A stretch of 64,000 bases of DNA from contig NC_086108.1 of NCBI RefSeq assembly GCF_963921235.1, positions 116,562,001 through 116,626,000 on the forward strand, written 5' to 3'. Below, piece after piece: positions 50,701 to 62,700 of the stretch. A model generated the notes under the pieces. It was given only the letters and a program-made list of their open reading frames with translations. It had not been told where the DNA came from and did no database searches. How positions within the stretch are numbered: the first letter of the stretch is position 1; each line of letters opens with the position of its first letter. This DNA is from Mobula hypostoma (Eukaryota). The position numbers were made by a program, and so were the translations under genes.

Positions 50701-53700
50701 TCGAGGCGAGGCGAGGCGAGGCCGGAGGCAGGAGACTCGAGGCGAGGCGAGGCCGGAGGCAGGAGACTCGAGGCGAGGCGAGGCCGGAGGCAGGAGACTC
50801 GAGGCGAGGCGAGGAGGCGAGCAGCGAGGGGAGGCAGGGGAGCGCAGAGGAGGAGGAGGCCGGAGGCAGGAGACCGAGGCGAGGCGAGTACAGGCAGGAG
50901 CCTCGAGGCGAGGCGAGGCCGGAGGCAGGAGACTCGAGGCGAGGCGAGGCCGGAGGCAGGAGACTCGAGGCGAGGTGAGGCCGGAGGCAGGAGACTTGAG
51001 GCGAGGCGAGGCCGGAGGCAGGAGACTCCAGGCGAGGCGAGGCCAGAGGCAGGAGACTCGAGGTTAGGCGAGGCCGGAGGACGGATGCAGGAGACTCGAG
51101 GCGAGGCGGAGGCCGGAGGCAGGAGACTCGAGGCGAGGCGAGGCCGGAGGCAGGAGACTCGAGGCGAGGCCGGAGGCCGGAGGCAGGAGATGAGGCGAGG
51201 CAGAGGCCGGAGGCAGGAGACTCGAGGCGAGGCGAGGCTGGAGGCAGGAGACTCGAGGCGAGGCCGGAGGCAGGAGACTCGAGGCGAGGCGAGGCCGGAG
51301 GCAGGAAACTCGAGGCGAGGCGAGGCCGGAGGCAGGAGACTTGAGGCGAGGCGAGGCCGGAGGCAGGAGACTCGAGGCGAGACTGGAGGCAGGAGACTTG
51401 AGGCTAGGCGAGGCCGGAGGCAGGAGACTCGAGGCGAGGCGAGGCACCAGGCAGGAGACTCGAGGCGAGGCGAGGCCAGAGGCAGGAGACTCGAGGCGAG
51501 GCGAGGCCGGAGGCAGGAGACTCGCGGCGAGGCGAGGCCGGAGGCAGGAGACTCGAGGCGAGGCGAGGCCGGAGGCAGGAGACTCGAGGCGAGGGGAGGC
51601 CGGAGGCAGGAGACTCGAGGCGAGGCGAGGCCGGAGGCAGGAGACTCGAGGCGAGGCCGGAGGCAGGAGACTTGAGGCGAGGCGAGGCCGGAGGCAGGAG
51701 ACTCGAGGCGAGGCGAGGCCGGAGGCAGGAGAATCGAGGCGAGGTGAGGCCGCAGGCAGGAGACTCGAGGCGAGGCGAGGCCGGAGGCAGGAGAATCGAG
51801 GCGAGGCGAGGCCGGAGGCAGGAGACTCGGGCGAGGCGAGGCCGGAGGCAGGAGACTCGAGGCGAGGCGAGGCCGGAGGCAGGAGACTCGAGGTGAGGCG
51901 AGGCTGGAGGCAGGAGACTTGAGGCGAGACTGGAGGCAGGAGACTTGAGGCTAGGCGAGGCCGGAGGCAGGAGACGCGAGGCGAGGCGAGTATACAGGCA
52001 GGAGCCTCGAGGCGAGGCGAGGCCGGAGGCAGGAGACTCGAGGCGAGGCGAGGCCGGAGACAGGAGACTCGAGGCGAGGCGAGGCCGGAGGCAAGAGACT
52101 CGAGGCGAGGCGAGGCGAGGCGGAGGCCGATGCAGGAGAATCGCAGGCGAGGCGAGGCTGGAGGCAGGAGACTTGAGGCGAGGCGAGGCTGGAGGCAGGA
52201 GACTTGAGGCGAGGCGAGGATACAGGCAGGAGACTTGAGGCGAGGCGAGGCCGGAGGCAGGAGACTCGAGGCGAGGCGAGGCCGGAGGCAGGAGACTCGA
52301 GGCGAGGCGAGGCCGGAGGCAGGAGACTCGAGGCGAGGCGAGGCCGGAGGCAGGAGACTTGAGGCGAGGCGAGGCCGGAGGCAGGAGACTCGAGGCGAGA
52401 CTGGAGGCAGGAGACTTGAGGCTAGGCGAGGCCGGAGGCAGGAGACTCGAGGCGAGGCGAGGATACAGGCAGGAGACTTGAGGCGAGGCGAGGCCGGAGG
52501 CAGGAGACTCGAGGCGAGGCGAGGCCGGAGGCAGGAGAATCGAGGTGAGGCGAGGCCGGAGGCAGGAGAATCGAGGCGAGGCGAGGCCGGAGGCAGGAGA
52601 ATCGTGGCGAGGCGAGGCCGGAGGCAGGAGACTCGAAGTGAGGCGAGGCCGGAGGCAGGGGACTCGAGGCGAGGCGAGGCGAGGCCGGAGGCAGGAGACT
52701 CCAGGTGAGGCGAGGCTGGAGGCAGGAGACTTGAGGCGAGACTGGAGGCAGGAGACTTGAGGCTAGGCGAGGCCGGAGGCAGGAGACCCGAGGCGAGGCG
52801 AGTCTACAGGCAGGAGCCTCGAGGCGAGGCGAGGCCGGAGGCAGGAGACTCGAGGCGAGGCGAGGCCGGAGACAGGAGACTCGAGGCGAGGCGAGGCCGG
52901 AGGCAAGAGACTCGAGGCGAGGCGAGGCGAGGTGAGGCCGGAGGCAGGAGAATCGAGGCGAGGCGAAGCTGGAGGCAGGAGACTTGAGGCGAGGTGAGGC
53001 CGGAGACAGGAGACTCGAGGCGAGGCGAGGCCGGAGGCAAGAGACTCGAGGCGAGGCGAGGCGAGGCGAGGCCGGAGGCAGGAGAATCGAAGCGAGGCGA
53101 GGCGAGGCCGGAGGGAGGAGACTCGAGGCGAGGCGAGGCCGGAGGCAGGAGACTCGAGGCGAGGCGAGGCCGGAGGCAGGAGAATTCTGGCGAGGCGAGG
53201 CCGGAGGCAGGAGACTCGAGGCGAGGCGAGGACGGAGGCAGAAGTCTCGAGGCGAGGCGAGGCCGGAGGCAGGAGACTCGAGGCGAGGCGAGGCCGGAGG
53301 CAGGAGACTCGAGGCGAGGCGAGGCTGGAGGCAGGAGACTCGAGGTGAGACTGGAGGCAGGAGACTTGAGGCTAGGCGAGGCCGGAGGCAGGAGACTCCA
53401 GGCGAAGCGAGGATACAGGCAGGAGACTCGAGGCGAGGCGAGGCCGGAGGCAGGAGACTCGAGGCAAGGCGTGGCCGGAGGCAGGAGACTTGAGGCGAGG
53501 CGAGGCCGGAGGCAGGAGACTCGAGGCGAGGCGAGGCCGGAGGCAGGAGAATCGAAGCGAGGTGAGGCCGCAGGCAGGAGACTCGAGGCGAGGCGAGGCC
53601 GGAGGCAGGAGAATCGAGGCGAGGCGAGGCCGGAGGCAGGAGAATCGTGGCGAGGCGAGGCCGGAGGCAGGAGACTCGAGGCGAGGCGAGGCCGGAGGCA

Positions 53701-56700
53701 GGAGACTCGAGGTGAGGCGAGGCTGGAGGCAGGAGACTTGAGGCGAGACTGGAGGCAGGAGACTTGAGGCTAGGCGAGGCCGGAGGCAGGAGACGCGAGG
53801 CGAGGCGAGTATACAGGCAGGAGCCTCGAGGCGAGGCGAGGCCGGAGGCAGGAGACTCGAGGCGAGGCGAGGCCGGAGGCAGGAGACTCGAGGCGAGGCG
53901 AGGCCGGAGGCAGGAGACTCCAGGTGAGGCGAGGCTGGAGGCAGGAGACTTGAGGCGAGACTGGAGGCAGGAGACTTGAGGCTAGGCGAGGCCGGAGGCA
54001 GGAGACCCGAGGCGAGGCGAGTATACAGGCAGGAGCCTCGAGGCGAGGCGAGGCCGGAGACAGGAGACTCGAGGCGAGGCGAGGCCGGAGGCAAGAGACT
54101 CGAGGCGAGGCGAGGCGAGGCGAGGCCGGAGGCAGGAGAATCGAGGCGAGGCGAGGCGAGGCCGGAGGGAGGAGACTCGAGGCGAGGCGAGGCCGGAGGC
54201 AGGAGAATCGAGGCGAGGCGAGGCCGGAGGCAGGAGAATTCTGGCGAGGCGAGGCCGGAGGCAGGAGACTCGAGGCGAGGCGAGGACGGAGGCAGAAGTC
54301 TCGAGGCGAGGCGAGGCTGGATGCAGGAGACTCGAGGTGAGACTGGAGGCAGGAGACTTGAGGCTAGGCGAGGCCGGAGGCAGGAGACTCCAGGCGAGGC
54401 GAGGATACAGGCAGGAGACTCGAGGCGAGGCGAGGCCGGAGGCAGGAGACTCGAGGCAAGGCGTGGCCGGAGGCAGGAGACTTGAGGCGAGGCGAGGCCG
54501 GAGGCAGGAGACTCGAGGCGAGGCGAGGCCGGAGGCAGGAGAATCGAGGCGAGGTGAGGCCGCAGGCAGGAGACTCGAGGCGAGGCGAGGCCGGAGGCAG
54601 GAGAATCGAGGCGAGGCGAGGCCGGAGGCAGGAGAATCGTGGCGAGGCGAGGCCGGAGGCAGGAGACTCGAGGCGAGGCGAGGCCGGAGGCAGGAGACTC
54701 GAGGTGAGGCGAGGCTGGAGGCAGGAGACTTGAGGCGAGACTGGAGGCAGGAGACTTGAGGCTAGGCGAGGCCGGAGGCAGGAGACGCGAGGCGAGGCGA
54801 GTATACAGGCAGGAGCCTCGAGGCGAGGCGAGGCCGGAGGCAGGAGACTCGAGGCGAGGCGAGGCCGGAGACAGGAGACTCGAGGCGAGGCGAGGCCGGA
54901 GGCAAGAGACTCGAGGCGAGGCGAGGCGAGGCCCGATGCAGGAGAATCGAGGCGAGGCGAAGCTGGAGGCAGGAGACTTGAGGCGAGGTGAGGCTGGAGG
55001 CAGGAGACTTGAGGCGAGGCGAGGATACAGGCAGGAGACTTGAGGCGAGGCGAGGCCGGAGGCAGGAGACTCGAGGCGAGGCGAGGCCGGAGGCAGGAGA
55101 CTCGAGGTGAGGCGAGGCCGGAGGCAGGAGACTCGAGGCGAGGCGAGGATACAGGCAGGAGACTTGAGGCGAGGCGAGGCCGGAGGCAGGAGACTCGAGG
55201 CGAGACTGGAGGCAGGAGACTTGAGGCTAGGCGAGGCCGGAGGCAGGAGACTCGAGGCGAGGCGAGGATACAGGCAGGAGACTTGAGGCGAGGCGAGGCC
55301 GGAGGCAGGAGACTCGAGGCGAGGCGAGGCCGGAGGCAGGAGAATCGAGGTGAGGCGAGGCCGGAGGCAGGAGAATCGAGGCGAGGCGAGGCCGGAGGCA
55401 GGAGAATCGTGGCGAGGCGAGGCCGGAGGCAGGAGACTCGAAGTGAGGCGAGGCCGGAGGCAGGGGACTCGAGGCGAGGCGAGGCGAGGCCGGAGGCAGG
55501 AGACTCCAGGTGAGGCGAGGCTGGAGGCAGGAGACTTGAGGCGAGACTGGAGGCAGGAGACTTGAGGCTAGGCGAGGCCGGAGGCAGGAGACCCGAGGCG
55601 AGGCGAGTATACAGGCAGGAGCCTCGAGGCGAGGCGAGGCCGGAGGCAGGAGACTCGAGGCGAGGCGAGGCCGGAGACAGGAGACTCGAGGCGAGGCGAG
55701 GCCGGAGGCAAGAGACTCGAGGCGAGGCGAGGCGAGGTGAGGCCGGAGGCTGGAGAATCGAGGCGAGGCGAAGCTGGAGGCAGGAGACTTGAGGCGAGGT
55801 GAGGCCGGAGACAGGAGACTCGAGGCGAGGCGAGGCCGGAGGCAAGAGACTCGAGGCGAGGCGAGGCGAGGCGAGGCCGGAGGCAGGAGAATCGAGGCGA
55901 GGCGAGGCGAGGCCGGAGGGAGGAGACTCGAGGCGAGGCGAGGCCGGAGGCAGGAAAATCGAGGCGAGGCGAGGCCGGAGGCAGGAGAATTCTGGCGAGG
56001 CGAGGCCGGAGGCAGGAGACTCGAGGCGAGGCGAGGACGGAGGCAGAAGTCTCGAGGCGAGGCGAGGCCGGAGGCAGGAGACTCGAGGCGAGGCGAGGCC
56101 GGAGGCAGGAGACTCGAGGCGAGGCGAGGCTGGAGGCAGGAGACTCGAGGTGAGACTGGAGGCAGGAGACTTGAGGCTAGGCGAGGCCGGAGGCAGGAGA
56201 CTCCAGGCGAGGCGAGGATACAGGCAGGAGACTCGAGGCGAGGCGAGGCCGGAGGCAGGAGACTCGAGGCTAGGCGTGGCCGGAGGCAGGAGACTTGAGG
56301 CGAGGCGAGGCCGGAGGCAGGAGACTCGAGGCGAGGCGAGGCCGGAGGCAGGAGAATCGAGGCGAGGTGAGGCCGCAGGCAGGAGACTCGAGGCGAGGCG
56401 AGGCCGGAGGCAGGAGAATCGAGGCGAGGCGAGGCCGGAGGCAGGAGAATCGTGGCGAGGCGAGGCCGGAGGCAGGAGACTCGAGGCGAGGCGAGGCCGG
56501 AGGCAGGAGACTCGAGGTGAGGCGAGGCTGGAGGCAGGAGACTTGAGGCGAGACTGGAGGCAGGAGACTTGAGGCTAGGTGAGGCCGGAGGCAGGAGACG
56601 CGAGGCGAGGCGAGTATACAGGCAGGAGCCTCGAGGCGAGGCGAGGCCGGAGGCAGGAGACTCGAGGCGAGGCGAGGCCGGAGACAGGAGACTCGAGGCG

Positions 56701-59700
56701 AGGCGAGGCCGGAGGCAAGAGACTCGAGGCGAGGCGAGGCGAGGCCCGATGCAGGAGAATCGAGGCGAGGCGAAGCTGGAGGCAGGAGACTTGAGGCGAG
56801 GTGAGGCTGGAGGCAGGAGACTTGAGGCGAGGCGAGGATACAGGCAGGAGACTTGAGGCGAGGCGAGGCCGGAGGCAGGAGACTCGAGGCGAGGCGAGGC
56901 CGGAGGCAGGAGACTCGAGGCGAGGCGAGGATACAGGCAGGAGACTTGAGGCGAGGCGAGGCCGGAGGCAGGAGACTCGAGGCGAGGCGAGGCCGGAGGC
57001 AGGAGAATCGAGGTGAGGCGAGGCCGGAGGCAGGAGAATCGAGGCGAGGCGAGGCCGGAGGCAGGAGACTCGAGGCGAGGCGAGGCCGGAGGCAGGAGAC
57101 TCGAGGCGAGGCGAGGCCGGAGGCAGGAGACTCGAGGCGAGGGGAGGCCGGAGGCAGGAGACTCGAGGCGAGGCGAGGCCGGAGGCAGGAGACTCGAGGC
57201 GAGACTGGAGGCAGGAGACTTGAGGCTAGGCGAGGCCGGAGGCAGGAGACTCGAGGCGAGGCGAGGATACAGGCAGGAGACTTGAGGCGAGGCGAGGCCG
57301 GAGGCAGGAGACTCGAGGCGAGGCGAGGCCGGAGGCAGGAGAATCGAGGTGAGGCGAGGCCGGAGGCAGGAGAATCGAGGCGAGGCGAGGCCGGAGGCAG
57401 GAGAATCGTGGCGAGGCGAGGCCGGAGGCAGGAGACTCGAAGTGAGGCGAGGCCGGAGGCAGGGGACTCGAGGCGAGGCGAGGCGAGGCCGGAGGCAGGA
57501 GACTCCAGGTGAGGCGAGGCTGGAGGCAGGAGACTTGAGGCGAGACTGGAGGCAGGAGACTTGAGGCTAGGCGAGGCCGGAGGCAGGAGACCCGAGGCGA
57601 GGCGAGTATACAGGCAGGAGCCTCGAGGCGAGGCGAGGCCGGAGGCAGGAGACTCGAGGCGAGGCGAGGCCGGAGACAGGAGACTCGAGGCGAGGCGAGG
57701 CCGGAGGCAAGAGACTCGAGGCGAGGCGAGGCGAGGTGAGGCCGGAGGCAGGAGAATCGAGGCGAGGCGAAGCTGGAGGCAGGAGACTTGAGGCGAGGTG
57801 AGGCCGGAGGCAGGAGACTTGAGGCGAGGCGAGGCCGGAGGCAGGAGACTCGAGGCGAGGCGAGGCCGGAGGCAGGAGAATCGAGGCGAGGCGAGGCCGC
57901 AGGCAGGAGACTCGAGGCGAGGCGAGGCCGGAGGCAGGAGACTCGAGGCGAGGCGAGGCGAGGCCGGAGGCAGGAGACTCGAGGTGAGGCGAGGCTGGAG
58001 GCAGGTGACTTGAGGCGAGACTGGAGGCAGGAGACTTGAGGCTAGGCGAGGCAGGAGGCAGGAGACTCGAGGCGAGGCGAGGCCGGAGGCAGAAGACTCG
58101 AGGCGAGGCGAGGCCGGAGGCAGGAGACTTGAGGCTAGGCGAGGCCGGAGGCAGGAGACTCCAGGCGAGGCGAGGATACAGGCAGGAGACTCGAGGCGAG
58201 GCGAGGCCGGAGGCAGGAGACTCGAGGCAAGGCGTGGCCGGAGGCAGGAGACTTGAGGCGAGGCGAGGCCGGAGGCAGGAGACTCGAGGCGAGGCGAGGC
58301 CGGAGGCAGGAGAATCGAGGCGAGGTGAGGCCGCAGGCAGGAGACTCGAGGCGAGGCGAGGCCGGAGGCAGGAGAATCGAGGCGAGGCGAGGCCGGAGGC
58401 AGGAGAATCGTGGCGAGGCGAGGCCGGAGGCAGGAGACTCGAGGCGAGGCGAGGCCGGAGGCAGGAGACTCGAGGTGAGGCGAGGCTGGAGGCAGGAGAC
58501 TTGAGGCGAGACTGGAGGCAGGAGACTTGAGGCTAGGTGAGGCCGGAGGCAGGAGACGCGAGGCGAGGCGAGTATACAGGCAGGAGCCTCGAGGCGAGGC
58601 GAGGCCGGAGGCAGGAGACTCGAGGCGAGGCGAGGCCGGAGACAGGAGACTCGAGGCGAGGCGAGGCCGGAGGCAAGAGACTCGAGGCGAGGCGAGGCGA
58701 GGCCCGATGCAGGAGAATCGAGGCGAGGCGAAGCTGGAGGCAGGAGACTTGAGGCGAGGTGAGGCTGGAGGCAGGAGACTTGAGGCGAGGCGAGGATACA
58801 GGCAGGAGACTTGAGGCGAGGCGAGGCCGGAGGCAGGAGACTCGAGGCGAGGCGAGGCCGGAGGCAGGAGACTCGAGGCGAGGCGAGGATACAGGCAGGA
58901 GACTTGAGGCGAGGCGAGGCCGGAGGCAGGAGACTCGAGGCGAGGCCGGAGGCAGGACTCCGAGGCGAGGCAGGAGAATCGAGGTGAGGCGAGGCCGGAG
59001 GCAGGAGAATCGAGGCGAGGCGAGGCCGGAGGCAGGAGACTCGAGGCGAGGCGAGGCCGGAGGCAGGAGACTCGAGGCGAGGCGAGGCCGGAGGCAGGAG
59101 ACTCGAGGCGAGGGGAGGCCGGAGGCAGGAGACTCGAGGCGAGGCGAGGCCGGAGGCAGGAGACTCGAGGCGAGACTGGAGGCAGGAGACTTGAGGCTAG
59201 GCGAGGCCGGAGGCAGGAGACTCGAGGCGAGGCGAGGATACAGGCAGGAGACTTGAGGCGAGGCGAGGCCGGAGGCAGGAGACTCGAGGCGAGGCGAGGC
59301 CGGAGGCAGGAGAATCGAGGTGAGGCGAGGCCGGAGGCAGGAGAATCGAGGCGAGGCGAGGCCGGAGGCAGGAGAATCGTGGCGAGGCGAGGCCGGAGGC
59401 AGGAGACTCGAAGTGAGGCGAGGCCGGAGGCAGGGGACTCGAGGCGAGGCGAGGCGAGGCCGGAGGCAGGAGACTCCAGGTGAGGCGAGGCTGGAGGCAG
59501 GAGACTTGAGGCGAGACGTGAGGCAGGAGACTTGAGGCTAGGCGAGGCCGGAGGCAGGAGACCCGAGGCGAGGCGAGTATACAGGCAGGAGCCTCGAGGC
59601 GAGGCGAGGCCGGAGGCAGGAGACTCGAGGCGAGGCGAGGCCGGAGACAGGAGACTCGAGGCGAGGCGAGGCCGGAGGCAAGAGACTCGAGGCGAGGCGA

Positions 59701-62700
59701 GGCGAGGTGAGGCCGGAGGCAGGAGAATCGAGGCGAGGCGAAGCTGGAGGCAGGAGACTTGAGGCGAGGTGAGGCCGGAGGCAGGAGACTTGAGGCGAGG
59801 CGAGGCCGGAGGCAGGAGACTCGAGGCGAGGCGAGGCCGGAGGCAGGAGAATCGAGGCGAGGCGAGGCCGCAGGCAGGAGACTCGAGGCGAGGCGAGGAC
59901 GGAGGCAGGAGACTCGAGGCGAGGCGAGGCGAGGCCGGAGGCAGGAGACTCGAGGCGAGGCGAGGCGAGGCCGGAGGCAGGAGACTCGAGGCGAGGCGAG
60001 GCTGGAGGCAGGAGACTTGAGGCTAGGCGAGGCAGGAGGCAGGAGACTCGAGGCGAGGCGAGGCCGGAGGCAGAAGACTCGAGGCGAGGCGAGGCCGGAG
60101 GCAGGAGACTCGAGGAGAGGCGAGGCCGGAGGCAGGAGACTCGAGGCGAGGCGAGGCCGGAGGCAGGAGACTCGAGGCGAGACTGGAGGCAGGAGACTTG
60201 AGGCTAGGCGAGGCCGGAGGCAGGAGACTCGAGGCGAGGCGAGGATACAGGCAGGAGACTTGAGGCGAGGCGAGGCCGGAGGCAGGAGACTCGAGGCGAG
60301 GCGAGGCAGGAGGCAGGAGAATCGAGGCGAGGCGAGGCCGGAGGCAGGAGAATTGAGGCGAGGCGAGGCCGGAGGCAGGAGAATCGAGGCGAGGTGAGGC
60401 CGCAGGCAGGAGACTCGAGGCGAGGCGAGGCCGGAGGCAGGAGAATCGAGGCAAGGCGAGGCCGGAGGCAGGAGAATCGTGGCGAGGCGAGGCCGGAGGC
60501 AGGAGACTCGAGGCGAGGCGAGGCCGGAGGCAGGAGACTCGAGGCGAGGCGAGGCGAGGCCGGAGGCAGGAGACTCGAGGCGAGGCGAGGATACAGGCAG
60601 GAGACTTGAGGCGAGGCGAGGCCGGAGGCAGGAGACTCGAGGCGAGGCGAGGCAGGAGGCAGGAGAATCGAGGCGAGGCGAGGCCGGAGGCAGGAGAATT
60701 GAGGCGAGGCGAGGCCGAAGGCAGGAGAATCGAGGCGAGGTGAGGCTGCAGGCGGGAGACTCGAGGCGAGGCGAGGCCGGAGGCAGGAGACGAGGCGAGG
60801 CGAGGCCGGAGGCAGGAGACTCGTGGCGAGGCGAGGCCGGAGGCAGGAGACTCGAGGCGAGGCGAGGCCGGAGGCAGGAGACTCGAGGCGAGGCGAGGCC
60901 GGAGGCAGGAGACTCGAGGCGAGGCGAGGCGAGGCCGGAGGCAGGAGAATCGAGGCGAGGCGAGGCGAGGCCGGAGGCAGGAGAATCGAGGCGAGGCGAG
61001 GCCGGAGGCAGGAGAATTCTGGCGAGGCGAGGCCGGAGGCAGGAGACTCGAGGCGAGGCGAGGCCGGAGGCAGGAGACTCGAGGCGAGGCGAGGCCGGAG
61101 GCAGGAGACTCGAGGCGAGGCGAGGCCGGAGGCAGGAGACTCGAGGCGAGGCGAGGCCGGAGGCAGGAGAATCGAGGCGAGGCGAGGCCGGAGGCAGGAG
61201 ACTCGAGGCGAGGCGAGGCCGGAGGCAGGAGACTCGAGGCGAGGCGAGGATACAGGCAGGAGACTTGAGGCGAGGCGAGGCCGGAGGCAGGAGACTCGAG
61301 GCGAGGCGAGGCCGGAGGCAGGAGAATCGAGGAGAGGCGAGGCCAGAGGCAGGAGAATCGAGGCGAGGCGAGGCGAGGCCGGAGGCAGGAGAATCGAGGC
61401 GAGGCGAGGCCGGAGGCAGGAGACTCGAGGCGAGGCGAGGCCGGAGGCAGGAGACTCGAGGCGAGGCGAGGCCGGAGGCAGGAGACTCGAGGCGAGGCGA
61501 GGCCGGAGGCAGGAGACTCGAGGTGAGGCGAGGCCGGAGGTAGGGGACTCGAGGCGAGGCGAGGCGAGGCCGGAGGCAGGAGACTCGAGGCGAGGCGAGG
61601 ATACAGGCAGGAGACTTGAGGCGAGGCGAGGCCGGAGGCAGGAGACTCGAGTCGAGGCGAGGCAGGAGGCAGGAGAATCGAGGCGAGGCGAGGCCGGAGG
61701 CAGGAGATTTGAGGCGAGGCGAGGCCGGAGGCAGGAGAATCGAGGCGAGGCGAGGCCGCAGGCAGGAGACTCGAGGCGAGGCGAGGCCGGAGGCAGGAGA
61801 ATCGAGGCGAGGCGAGGCCGGAGGCAGGAGAATCGTGGCGAGGCGAGGCCGGAGGCAGGAGACTCGAGGTGAGGCGAGGCCGGAGGCAGGGGACTCGAGG
61901 CGAGGCGAGGCGAGGCCGGAGGCAGGAGACTCCAGGTGAGGCGAGGCTGGAGGCAGGAGACTTGAGGCGAGACTGGAGGCAGGAGACTTGAGGCTAGGCG
62001 AGGCCGGAGGCAGGAGACCCGAGGCGAGGCGAGTATACAGGCAGGAGCCTCGAGGCGAGGCGAGGCCGGAGACAGGAGACTCGAGGCGAGGCGAGGCCGG
62101 AGGCAGGAGAATCGTGGCGAGGCGAGGCCGGAGGCAGGAGACTCGAGGTGAGGCGAGGCCGGAGGCAGGAGACTCGAGGCGAGGCGAGGCGAGGCCGGAG
62201 GCAGGAGACTCGAGGCGAGGCGAGGCGGGAGGCAGGAGACTTGAGGCGAGACTGGAGGCAGGAGACTTGAGGCTAGGCGAGGCCGGAGGCAGGAGACCCG
62301 AGGCGAGGCGAGTATACAGGCAGGAGCCTCGAGGCGAGGCGAGGCCGGAGACAGGAGACTCGAGGCGAGGCGAGGCCGGAGGCAAGAGACTCGAGGCGAG
62401 GCGAGGCGAGGCGAGGCCGGAGGCAGGAGAATCGAGGCGAGGCGAGGCGAGGCCGGAGGGAGGAGACTCGAGGCGAGGCGAGGCCGGAGGCAGGAGAATC
62501 GAGGCGAGGCGAGGCCGGAGGCAGGAGAATTCTGGCGAGGCGAGGCCGGAGGCAGGAGACTCGAGGCGAGGCGAGGACGGAGGCAGAAGTCTCGAGGCGA
62601 GGCGAGGCCGGAGGCAGGAGACTCGAGGCGAGGCGAGGCCGGAGGTAGGAGACTCGAGGCGAGGCGAGGCTGGAGGCAGGAGACTCGAGGTGAGACTGGA

